This document shows positions 49,678-61,755 of a stretch of 64,000 bases of DNA, one piece after another (position 1 is the stretch's first letter; each line of letters opens with the position of its first letter). The stretch lies in contig NC_073385.1 of assembly GCF_028641065.1 (NCBI RefSeq), positions 48,050,001-48,114,000 of the forward strand, given 5' to 3'. Made by a program: the position numbers and the translations under genes. The notes beneath the pieces were generated by a model. It did not search any database, was not told the DNA's origin, and was given only the letters and a program-made list of their open reading frames with translations. This DNA comes from Leucoraja erinacea (taxonomy: Eukaryota).

Positions 49678-49780
49678 CGACTGCCAACCAGCATTTGTGG
49701 CTCCACAAGGTAAAAATGATGAAACAGCCAAGCAGTTGTGGGATGTCAGCTGCAAACTTTTGGAAATTCAGTGGGACTGA
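49678..49780 (+). CDS. RDH12: RDH12-like, last coding exon
   Basis: DCQPAFVAPQGKNDETAKQLWDVSCKLLEIQWD*; AATAAA at 49814 and 50199 downstream. Confidence 0.93.
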
Positions 49781-50719
49781 ATTCTCAATAGATGGAAATG
49801 GAAGAAACCCAAGAATAAAGCAAACTGAAGGTTTATTCTTCATTTCTGTAGCAACTTTGAGACCTATTGTAAGAAAATTGATCTCAATTAAGTTGACTCA
49901 TTTCTTTTAGACCATCTAAACAACAACCTATTCAGTGTAACCTGCAATGGCTATATGTTGCAGATATGTGCAGTCTGCTTAAGAATGTTTACCAAGATTT
50001 TGGATTAGTTTGCTAAATCAGCTATTCTGTCAAAATCTAAACTCGTGAAATGTTGACAATTCATTAACTGCTTCAATACATCACTACTGCAGCTGCAAGT
50101 CACTGCAACACTGTAATGACCACTGTATTTTTGTGCTTGAGATTCAAATCTACATGCAAAATGAGGGTTAGGTATTTTCAAAAGTGTTATCATTAGGAAA
50201 TAAAGTAATTAAAATTATCTGTTGCACTTCTGCAGTTTCTTGTAATTATTTGTTGGGTTGTTCACAGAATGACTTAATCAATAATGGATACATTGGTAAT
50301 GGGCAAAAGCATAATTGGTTCCTGCTTCACAGATAAGCAAAGTCACTTGAAAACCACTGTCCAAATTCTTGCTGGTATTTACTCCACTTAAGTGGCAACC
50401 AGTCAGGATGTGCTGTCACACTCTGAAATCTGAGAATTACTGACAAATTGAAAACACCAAAAATTGCTAGTTCGCTCTATGGCTAGGTTCCAGGTGGAGT
50501 ATGAGATACTCCCATGAGTTTAGTCACTCGTCGTGAGTGAATATATACATTGCCAATTTATGTGCTGTTTTCAGGAGTATATTGAAGATGGGAAAATTGG
50601 GGATTGGAGCAATTCGCAACACGCATTGGTGTTCTCTGGTGCTCAGTCACTTGACGAGGATGTTTTCAAATCTATTAAACTTAATATTATTTTTTTAATT
50701 AATTAATTTACATCCTATG

Positions 50720-51458
50720 AATTAAACCCTTCACTAGTGAGGGGAAGGATGTAATCATGCCAATTCTGGCTTCCCTCCGAGCTGCTTCTTCGCCCCTTCC
50801 TCGCGGCCTACCATCGGACTGGAGCGGCGTTTCCTGTCTGGATCGGCTGGGACTACAGCTTCAGCGGCGGCACAGTGCTGGGACACCGTCACGGAGCCGG
50901 CGATGCCCTACCCGGGTCGCCGTGCTGTGTGTTGTGACTGCCGACTCCAACATCCGAGTGGCTGTGGGCGTCCAGCCGCGGGCGGCGCTGGATTTAAAAC
51001 ACCGCGGAGCTTGGGATCCGAGATCGCCCGAGTTGGAGCTCCAACCAGCGCGGTCTGAGGACTTTGGGTGTCGCGGTCTCTGAGGAGGAAGTGGCCGCTC
51101 CAGACATTCCAAGCCGCTGAGGAGTGTTCACCCGATGCCGGAGTTCCATCTTCCCGGCAAGAGGGCCTATAACATCGGACTGGCTGCGGAGGCAACAAAT
51201 AGGTCCCGACCTCGGGTGATCACAGAGGAAGAGGACTGAACGTTCTGGTGCCATTTCCCCACAGCTGAAATTTTTGATTTTGCTGTGGGGGGGGACGTTC
51301 ATGTTGAATTCTATAATGTGTTGCGTCATTTTTCTTCTTTAAAAAAAAAGAAATTCTATGGATGTACGGCAACAATTATTTCTTTAATGCAAAGCACTTT
51401 GGTTTCAACGCAAGATGATTTAAACGTGCTATAAATAAAATTTACTTACATACTACTA
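50720..51458 (+). mobile_element. GC-rich non-autonomous retroposon with L2-like tail
   Basis: CpG-rich body; hairpin ccccacagc..gctgtgggg; tail aaagcactttgg..aaacgtgctataaataaaatttacttac. Confidence 0.55.
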
Positions 51459-52798
51459 GAAATAAAGCACAAACATATATTTAGACAATCCGATCATAAA
51501 AAGGTGATTTGTAATTCAGAACAGAAATATTGATGCATAAAATTGTAATTTTGATTGGCAAAATTTACTGGTGCAGTAGTCTTGATAAAATATACATTAG
51601 ATGCTGTTTAACCTCCAGAATACAAATATTCACAAAGATTTGACAGGAGCTACTCCTAAACTGGTCAGGTTACAGTCAGAAGGTTAGACAAATAATCGCA
51701 TCTTATTTGACATGTAACAAATTCCCATGGTAAAGCTGTGGATTATATGTAAAACTGTTTTTTACAGTGCAGTTCAATCATAGATGCTCTTACTTTAAAG
51801 TAAAACAATTAGAACGTCCAGTTTATTCAGATATTACATTATGATAGTACACACACAAAAACACATTTTTATTTTACAGTTAGAGCCCTCAATATGACTA
51901 TTAAAATAAATCTCCTCTGCTCCATTTGCAACCTGCATCACTTCTGAAACACTCTTATATGTCAGCCACAATTTTCACATACAAGTCTTTTAATTTCAGA
52001 ATTGTTTAGGCAAGATCTGTGGAACAATATGTTTCCCTACCAATTATAACAACTCTAAAACTAAAAATATATATCATAGGCAACAGCAAAAGGGGGACAG
52101 CTCTGCATATTTTGCTTCTAGATGCTTTTATGACAAAGGAGAAGTTAAAATGGTGTTCAGAAAGGTCAAATAGTCTAGCATCCCCCTCCAACTCCATCTT
52201 CCAATTACCTACCTGCCAGATTTGGCACCAAACTGATGGAGCATTTTTGATGGAACAACAAATCATTAAGAATTAAGCATTAAAAGTTTCAGCAGAGTGT
52301 TGCTCATCTTATTTCGGAGAAAATATCAGCCTGTCAAACAGTTTGCAATTGCCGCAGTGAAGTTCGCCTCAAGAAAATCCCAGGTGGAAATGAAAGGCAG
52401 GGGAAGGAAGAGCAAAAGTAGAGGGGAAATGAAAAATACACAATTTACTACTTGTTTCTGCTTAGCAATTAAATTCCAGTAAATGATTTTTATTGATTCC
52501 TTCAAATATTTTTCAAATTCAGCTGAACTCTTAGGCCGCATCATCTTTTGCTCTTTAAGGCATTTAATGCAAGTGTAATAAAGTGTCATTGAACGATTGA
52601 AGAACTGTCCAATGCTAATCTAATATCTGCTAATATTCAAGAAACTATTCTGAAGTGGAAAGCTATTTCTTGCATTTTAATAACCTGGCGATGGTAGTGA
52701 AAAGGTCCTATATACCAGACCAATCCAACTGAGTTTAAATATAAACTCAATTTAGCATTAGATCATACTAGACTTTAAATAGAACTGGATAACGGAAA

Positions 52799-53047
52799 AT
52801 AACAATACAAATTTTGATTTAAAAATGAGCAAATTCCAAGGAACAAACTTTGAGATAATGTCATGATGAAACTTACAAGTCATCTACAGTATTTAAATTC
52901 ATTCATGTGGTCTTGTTACCAACCTAAGCAACATGATTTATTTATGCGTATAAATTGTATAATTTATATTCAACTTTAAAATCTGTCATACTTTGTTTTG
53001 TGTTCCTTGGAACTTGCTCATTTTTAAATCAAAATTAGTATCGTTAT
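52799..53047. repeat. Inverted repeat (MITE remnant) in the probable ZFYVE26 3' UTR
   Basis: ataacaatacaaattttgatttaaaaatgagcaaattccaaggaaca versus tgttccttggaacttgctcatttttaaatcaaaattagtatcgttat. Confidence 0.75.
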
Positions 53048-55749
53048 AAATTATTATGGCAAAAAATATATTTCATGATGGGAATTGGGTGCAGCAAATA
53101 TGAAGATTCCATTCAATCTCACTGCACATCTATAAGAACAATTTTGCACTATGATGCATCTTCTTTAAAAATGAAGAATGGCATTACAACATTATAGCAC
53201 GTTAGTAAGTGTTATAGCTTTTCAAGAGGACTAGTGTTTACAAGGTTGTTATGAATTAGGAATGTGCCATATTGAATATAGTATGTTTGCAGCTTTGTCG
53301 CACACTAAATACAATAATACCTAGTCTTTATGAAATCTTCCATATTACTTTGCCACATGGTAATTTTTTGCATATTTATATTCCTGCATTATCATGTGAA
53401 CTATAGTATTTGCAAATAAAATACATTAATGAATGTTATTAATTATTTCCCTTATATTATAAATGTTCTAATCAAGTATATGTATGATGATGAAATGAAT
53501 ATTATACCAACTCTGAAAAAGATCCTAAGAATTTAAATCTGTCAATTAAAAATCATAATTGTACATATTGAGAAAAATAAGGATATGGATGTGAAAGTAT
53601 CACATTAGCAAAAAAAAAAAAGAACTGGATCAATTATTCATTACATGAATTGCAGAAGATTAAACTAAGATACATGTGGTCACCTTCTCATTCTCCATTA
53701 TTTTCGTAGATATTTTCTATTCAAGCTAGGCATGTCATTTTTAGATTGTGGTATTTATTCAAAGTGACAAGCTACAATTTTCTAATGTTTGCATCAGTAC
53801 TCAGTCAAACAAAAAACAAAGGACATTATTACAACATTCAGAATTTAGCATAATTGTTTGATAACATGTTCGTGAAAATTTGAAGATACACTTTCATAAA
53901 ATATTGCCACTGGCATAAAGTATCAAAGATCATGGTTTAACCTTTCATCTTTATCTTTGAACAATCGAAAGTGACCACTGATAATATTCACAGAGTGAAC
54001 TCTCCTCCCAACTCCTCAACATTTATTTAAACTTTACTGCTAGTATCAGCCACCTACACATCATAAATTATTTGTTGCGACAATGAACATTTGCAGACTT
54101 GATCACTGTGTTATACCTTTCACAATAATGAGTTTATTTCTTGACCATGCCAAGCAAATGATTGCAGTTTCATTATTTATACAATTACATCTGATCAGGA
54201 AGGTACAAATAGTAAAATAAAAATACAATAGGAAAACTGAGTTCAGTACTTAAAAATATATTCTTATTGAAATGGAGGTATGTACACATTTGTATTTAAA
54301 ATTCTTTTTCTCCTCTATGTACACAATTAGTATTTTAACTGCTTACTTAAAATAGAAATACATTGTTATTTCGATTCAGTTTCATAAGTATATAATCTTT
54401 AAAGTTAATGGGTATACCACCATAAACTTTTTTTTTACCCCAAATTATCTCCAAAAATAACTCGCACTTTTAAATTGAAAACAACTATTTCTCCAGAAGG
54501 AACTGATGACAGATATTGATGTTGTATTTCTTTGAAAGGGAGATTTTGTTTTTGCTATTTGCTACAGAATAGGAAGGTTTACATAATTTAATCTCTTTTA
54601 GGTCATTACATCATCTAATCCCATAGGGTTGTAGTAAGGAGGGTGAAGGAGGAAATATTTTCCTGGATACATTGTAAAAGCTGATCTTCAATGTACCCAT
54701 ATTGGCAGGAATAAGGGTAATGGGCAGACTTTGAGCTGCCTACAGTACTGTTGGCACTCATCATCTCATGTCGCACTGCACAAGATATCAAAAGGCTACA
54801 GGCGCTCAAGGAAGTGTCAAGAACCAGTCCAAAAGAAAAGCAATGGCGATGAAGAGAAATTGATGGGGGGGGGGGAAGAAAGAGTAGTACTTTAACTTAC
54901 TCATCTCTAGACCAATCAGTCATGAAAGTTACAGCAGAGCTCACAATCCATGGACTGACAACTGCGTGAATATCAGTAATTCTGGATATATCTGAAGGAA
55001 TGGGTGGACATTCCAGTATGGCTATGGACATGACTGCCAAAGGCAGCACAAGTGGAAGAGGTTGCTCAAGGACAAAGCTTCAGGACAGTCAGAGGTGAGC
55101 AAACACATTTGTTTTGATGGCACAATCTTTTCACAAAAGTAGATTACAACAGAGATTACTTTAGAAATCCGTTAATTCTGATTTCGCAACTTTCGATTTT
55201 CTGCAAATTGATCGAACTACAGGTACTACTGAATGAAAACATCCAGAGAGACTTTCGGATCACAGCCACCAGAAGAAAAACAACATGAAAATAGGTTCAA
55301 CTCAAGCTCAACTAGTAACTTGAGTGGTTCACACTTGAATTAAACCATACCTCACACAATTCAATAGTGCCAAAACATGAACTTATTTGAAGTGCAGTCA
55401 ACACTGACTCAGTTATTACAGTGTTATATATCAATTGCATGCTTGTAGCCAACTCCCATTTTACGGACCGTGCCAGATTTGTAGTGACTTGACACATGTC
55501 CAAATCTGAAATGGAATGGGCGGGGAAAAGAAAATGCATGAAAACAGTCCCAAGTGCAACAGTAACCTTTTAAAATTCAAGTAAAAAAGTTCAAAGATTG
55601 CATAAGAAAACGTGACAAAATACTGCTAATTCCATGATTGTCCAAATAACTTCAGAACGTCATTCCCTTCCATCATCGATAAAATGTTATTTCATGGCAA
55701 ATTTTCTTGAGGTAGCAATTTAGATCCTGTGCAGCCTCGCTCTCCTTTA

Positions 55750-55953
55750 TTAATTGCCATGGGTTTTTTGTGTTTGCGTTTTAGGTTGGTGTGATTTCAG
55801 CCAGTCCCTACAGATCTTCGGTATGAGTTCCTCCTGTGCTCTTTCAGCAGCCTCCAGCACTTCCCGTACACTGCACACAGCCTGCACTACATCGAGCTTC
55901 ACCGCAACCAAATAGGCTGAGCGGTATTTATTACATAGCAAGAAAGCTTTGAT
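55750..55953 (-). CDS. ZFYVE26: Spastizin, last coding exon
   Basis: IKAFLLCNKYRSAYLVAVKLD..KICRDWLKSH..GN*, compared with human VRAYLICCKLRSAYLIAVK..DICAQWL. Confidence 0.92.
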   Translation of the reverse strand: MKAFLLCNKYRSAYLVAVKLDVVQAVCSVREVLEAAERAQEELIPKICRDWLKSHQPKTQTQKTHGN

Positions 55954-56064
55954 CTGCAGATATAATCAAAATGTTAAGTTACAAGATACCCGTGGGAACA
56001 TGCAGATCAGGGTCCTGCAGGTGGAATACGAATTTTAAAAATCACATTTTGTACATCACTATAT

Positions 56065-56168
56065 ACAGTGGCGCAGTTGGTAGAGCTGCTGCCTCACAGC
56101 GACTCAGAATCGATCTTGAGCTTGAGTACTGCCTGCGTGGAGTTTGCACCATCTCTCTGTGACCACAA
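56065..56168 (+). mobile_element. tRNA-derived SINE 5' half (3' half at 59886-60095), split by CR1
   Basis: cagtggcgcagttggtagagctgctgcctcacagc..ctctgtgaccaca resumes as tgagtttcctccaagtgctcgggtttcc after the CR1 tail. Confidence 0.75.
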
Positions 56169-59100
56169 GACAAATTGGAAATACAAGAGTGGAGTTCAAG
56201 GGAAAGAGAGTATAGGAAAAGTTAAGAAAGACACCAGAATTAACGGGGCAGAAAGCTCACGAAGGGATAGGAGAGTGGCCAAATGAAATATGAATCAATG
56301 TGAAAGGTGAGAAGAGTAATGGATTAAATGTATTAAATATGAATTGAAAGTATAAGAAGTAAAGTGGATGAGCTCGAGGCTCATTTAGGGATTGGTAGAT
56401 ATGACATTGTGGGGATTACAGAGATGTGGCTACAGGAGGATCGGGACTGGGAACTGAATATTCAGGGTTATTCGTCCTATAGAAAGGACAGGCAGGTGGG
56501 CAGAGGAGGTGGCGTAGCTCTGTTGGTGAGGGATGAAATTCAGTCCCTTGCGAGGGGTGACATAGGGGCTGATGATGTGGATGGAATTGAGGAATTGTAA
56601 CGGTAAGAAGACACTAGAATAGAAGGCTATTTATTGTCATTCAAACCTGGGTTTGAACGAAATTCCATTTCTACAGTTTTTTTTACATTACAAACACAAT
56701 CCAAGATCCACACTTAACACAGTTTTACATAAACATCCATCACAGTGAGTCTCCAACATCTCCTCACTGTGATGGAAGGCAAAGTCTTTATCTCTTCCCT
56801 TTGTTCCTTCTGCCATGGTCCAACTGCAGTGTCGAGGCGAACTGGGGCTCCGATGTTAAAGCCCCCGGCGGGCGATGGTAAGTCCTGAGGCCGTTTAAGA
56901 CACGCCGGGCGATGTTAGGCCCCGGCTCCATGTCCTTAAACCCGCGATTCCAGCGCGAGAAGTCGCCGTTGCGGAGCTCCGAAAAGCGGTCTCCCACCAG
57001 GGACCTGCGGGCTCCCGATGTTCCCGTCCACCGGGTCTGCGGCCGGTGCCTCCGAACTCCAAAAGTCGGGTCGCAGCCGCGTGCCACCACAGCTCTTCCC
57101 GCTCCGAAGTTGGCCAGCTCCGCGATGTCAGTTCCGCAGGCTCTGCAACTGGAGCCCTCAGGTTAGTCCCGGCCGGAGGTTGCCGCCGGCTCCACGATGT
57201 TAGGCCCAACGACATCCGAGACCCCACAGGGAATAGTCGGGTCCCCGCACAGGGAAGAGATTAACGGTTTCCCCCACAGCGCCCCCCCCCCCCACATATA
57301 CACAGCTAAAAAAAAATAATAAAAACTTACTCAAAGACATACATTTAACGACAAAAAATGGGAGTTATCTCCAGGCTCCCATACAGTAGCCTTGATATAG
57401 GGTGCAAGCTGCAGCAGGAGTTAAAATTGGCATGTAACTAAGGTAATGGGAGATTTCAATAAGCAGGTAGACTGGGAAAATCAGGTTGGTTCTGGACCCC
57501 AAGAAAGGGAGTTGTAGTATGCCTCCGAAATGGATTCTCAGAGCAGCTTGTACTGGAGCCTACCAGAGAGAAGGCAATTCTGGATTTAGTGTTGTCTAAT
57601 GAACCAGATTTAATAAGGGAACTCAAGGTAAAGGAACCGCTAGGAGGTAGTGACCATAATATAATAAATTTAAATCTGCAATTTGAGAGGGAGAAGGATA
57701 AATCAGAAGTGTCAGTGTTGCAGTTGAACAAAGGGGACTATGAAGGCATAAGAGATGAGCTGGCCAAGGTCGACTAGAAAAGGATCCTGGCAGGAATGAT
57801 GGTGGAACATCAAGGGCAGGAATGTCTGGGTATAATCCAGAAGATGCAGGATCATTTCATTCCAAAGAGGAAGAAAGATTCTAAGGGGAGTAAGAGGCAA
57901 CCGTGGCTGACAAAGGAAGTTATGGATGGAATAAAACTAAATTAAAAGGTGTACAACATAGCAAAGAGTAGCGGAAAGCCAGAGAATTGGGAAACTTTCG
58001 AAGGACAACAGAAGGTAACAAAAAGGGCAATACGGGGTGAGAAGATGAAGTACGAGGGTAAGCTGGCCAAGAATATAAAGGATAGTAATAGCTTCTTCAG
58101 GTATGTTAAGAGAAAAAGATTTGTAAAGACAAATGTGGGTCCCTTGAAGGCAGAAACAGGTGAGATTATTATGGGGAACAAGGAAATGGCAGAAGAGTTG
58201 AATAGGTACTTTGGTTCTGTGTTCAATAAGGAATACACAAACAATCTCCCAGATGTACTAGAGAACGGAAATAAATTTGCATTAGGCGAGAAATAGTATT
58301 GGGTAGACTGATGGGACTGAAGGCTGATAAATCCCCAGGGCCTGATGTTCTGCATCCCAGGGTGCTCAAGGAGGTGGCTCTAGAAATCATGGACGCATTG
58401 GTGATCATTTTCCAATGTTCTATAGATTCAAGATCAGTTCCTGTGGATTGAAGGGCAGCTAATCTTATCCCACTCTTCAAGAAAGGAGCAAGAGAGAAAA
58501 TGTGAAATTATAGACCAGTTAGCCTGACATCGGTGGTGGGGAAGATGCTGGAGTCAATTATTAAAGAAGTAATAACGGTGTATTTGGATAGCATTAAAAG
58601 GATTGGTCCAAGTCAGCATGCATTTATGAAGGGGAAATCCTGCTTGACTAATCTTCTGGAATTTTTTGAGGATGTGACAATTAAAATGGATGAAGGAGAG
58701 CCAGTTGATCTAGTGTATATGGACTTTCAGAAAGCCTTTGATAAAATCTCACAGGAGATTAGCGGGCAAAATTAAAGCACATGGAATTGGGGTAGGGTAT
58801 TGACATGGATAATTGGTTGGCAGACAGGAAACAGAGTAGGAATAAACGGGTCCCTGTTAGAATGGCAGGCAGTGGCGAGTGGAGTGCCGCAAGGCTCTGT
58901 GCTGGTGCCGCAACTATTTACAATATATATTAATGATTTAGATGATGGGATTAAAAGTAACTCTAGCAAATTTGCAGATAACACAAGGTTGAGTGGCAGT
59001 GTGAACTGCAAAGGGGATGCTAGGAGGTTGCAGGATGACTTGGACAGGTTGAGTGAGTGGGCAGATGCAGTATAATGTAGACAAATGTGAGGTTATCCAC

Positions 59101-59885
59101 GTTGGTGGCAAGAACAAGGAGGCAGATTATTATCCCAATGGTGTCAAATTAGGAAAAAGAGAAGTGCAACAAGACCTGGGTGTCCTTGTACAGAGGTCAA
59201 TGAAAGTAAACATGCAGGTACAGCAGGCAATGAAGAAAGTTAATGGCATGTTGGCCTTCATAACGAGAGGATTTGAGTATAGGACAGTAAAGAGGTCTTC
59301 TGCAGTTTTACAGGGCCCTGGTGAGACCACATATGGAGTATTGTGTGCAGTTTTGGTCTAATTTGAGGAAGGACATCCTTACTGGTGAGGCAGTGCAGCA
59401 TAGGTTCACAAGGTTAATCCCCGGAATGGCAGGACTGTCATATGAGGAAAGATTGTAAAGACTGGGCTTGTATTCACTAGAATTTAGAAGGATGAGAGGA
59501 GATTTTATAGAAACATATAAAATTATAAAAGGACTGGGCAATTAGATACAGGAAAAATGTTCCCAATGTTGGGCGAGTCCAGAACCAAGGCCACAGTCTA
59601 AGAATAAAGGAGAGGCCATTTAAAACTGAGATGAGAAAACACTTTCACCCAGAGAGTTGTGAATTTGTGGAATTCTCTGCCACAGAAGGCAGTAGAGGCC
59701 AATTAACTGGATGAATTTAAAAGAGAGTTAGATAGAGCTCTCGGGGCTAGCGGAATCAAGAGATATGGGGAGAAGCGACACGGGTTACTAATTGTGGATG
59801 ATCAGCCATGATCACAATGAATGGCGGTGTTGGCTCAAAGGGCCAAATGGCCTACTCCTGCACCTATTTTCTATGTTTCTATGTT
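56169..59885 (+). mobile_element. Near-complete CR1 ORF2 (APE + RT), disrupted
   Basis: DIVGITEMWLQ..RGGGVALLV, EPLGGSDHN, GKSCLTNLLEFFE, YMDFQKAFDK, SGVPQGSVL, KFADNT; (tttctatg)n tail. Confidence 0.93.
56617..57358 (-). mobile_element. GC-rich non-autonomous retroposon inserted in CR1
   Basis: Interrupts the CR1 sequence ggtaagaagacacta|atgggagttatc; hairpin ccatcacagtgag..ctcactgtgatgg; gaatgacaataaatag tail. Confidence 0.65.
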
Positions 59886-61298
59886 TACATGAGTTTCCTC
59901 CAAGTGCTCGGGTTTCCTACCACATCCCAAGGACGTGCTAGTTCGTAGGTTAACTGGCTTCTATAAATTGCCCCTAGTGTACAATAAGTGGGAAAGTGAG
60001 ATAACATGAAACTAGTGTGACTGGGTGGTTGATGGTTGGGGTGGACTCGGTGGGCTGAAGAGTCTGTTTCCATGCTGTATTTCTAAACTAAAAATACCGA
60101 ATAGGCCAAAGGATCAAGCAAAAGAATACCAGACCATTGGTCCTGGATTACTAAAAGGCATGAATGTCAATGGCTAAATAAATTATATGGACTGCTTACC
60201 AGGTCAAAAAGCCAGAGAACGATGTGGAGAGCTGAGATATGCCGCTTTAGAGCAAGTAACATAGAAAGGGAGTAATTTAAAGACAATGCAAAATTTAATT
60301 TTGAAATGCTTAAAACATTGATCATCCCTCTGGTTAAGTGGAGAAAATTGCCTCAAGTTTCATGTTAGACAATGTTAGACTGGTGATCGTGAGGGTAAAA
60401 TAAATAAATGCTGGTTGTTACCATTCATGTGAGCATTGACTCCATGCCAGTGAATGAACTGAATAGGATCAAGGATTGATTTTCAGACTCTCATTAAAAA
60501 AATGCAGGGTTGACAGAGAGGCCAATGCACAAAGTTGTAGTAAAGGAGGTTGCAATTGATGAGAAACAAGGAACTGCAAATGCTGGTTTACGTAAAAGAC
60601 ACAAAATGTTGAAGTAACTCAGTAGGTCAGGCAGCATTTCTGGAGAACATGGATAGGTGACTTTTCGGTTTGGGACCTTGATTAGAACTGTTGCAGTGCT
60701 GTCACAAGGACAGATGTCAATACATACTCAGTTGTATGCAGTAAGGTAGATGTGGGGGTGGAAGATTGCAACCTTCACCCCGTTTCGACGAATGCAATCA
60801 ACCTAGCGTGCACAATCAAATAGAACAAGTTGTCCTACAACTTTAGGCTGTGCACGCAATACACAAGAAGGTAGTTGCGCATGGATGGGAAGAGCGGGTC
60901 GGAAGAGGTGGAGAATCTTGGTAAAAGAACAAAATGTATTACATCATACCCAAATGTTGCTTCCTTGTAAATTTTGGAGCATTTTATGTACAGTTCAAAT
61001 TTTGATGCACTGCACCTTTACTGGGTTTATCTTACATTGCCATCTGCTGTCCATGACTTGCCTATATTACAGTTCTTCTTAATCTAAAGACTGTTAAGAG
61101 TTTTTGAATACCGCTAATGTGACTGCAGCAGTAGTTTGCTACTGAAGTAGCAGGTATTTTGCAGGTACAGTAGCTTGCAGGTATTCACATTGCAATCTTC
61201 AAATCTATACAATCTGCTGAATCAGGAATTAATCACTTCAAACCCAGTGTAATTCCCAAATATGAAAAGGTTATCTCAACATTTCCAAAATTGCCTAC

Positions 61299-61349
61299 CT
61301 TATTATCATCTTTCTTCATTTCAAGAATCAGTTTCTCTAGCTCTTTTGA
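61299..61349 (-). CDS. ZFYVE26: Spastizin, penultimate exon
   Basis: SKELEKLILEMKKDDNK, compared with human ELEGLIQAIHNDDNK; ttttcag/gtaggc; phase 0. Confidence 0.85.
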
Positions 61350-61572
61350 CTGAAAAAAAAGGATGAATGTCTTAATCAATTCACGGTAATATTACAGCAG
61401 ATATTTAAATGTTTAAATTTAGCTGTACTGTGACCCCCACATCTAATATGTGTTTAGTACAGCTGGATGGGTTAGAGTTGCATTTAAATATTGTCCTCCT
61501 AGGTGGAAGCAGAAGATATAACAGCTTTCAAGACCAACTGATCATTGGTAATTACATTTACATTGTTCTCAC

Positions 61573-61755
61573 CTGTGAAAGGTGCTCATCAGCACCTTCA
61601 ATAAATCGGAGGAGGAGGTTATCAGTGTCGTCACCACTAGCAACTCCTGATTCACTCACACATTTCAGCAACTGTCTGATTTGACAAACCTTGTGCTGCT
61701 GCAGAAGATGTTTTGCTGCTTTATCATAGACAGCAGCTGCATCCAACTGAAAATC
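61573..61755 (-). CDS. ZFYVE26: Spastizin, antepenultimate exon
   Basis: DFQLDAAAVYDKAAKHLLQQHKVCQIRQLLKCVSESGVASGDDTDNLLL.. Confidence 0.95.
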
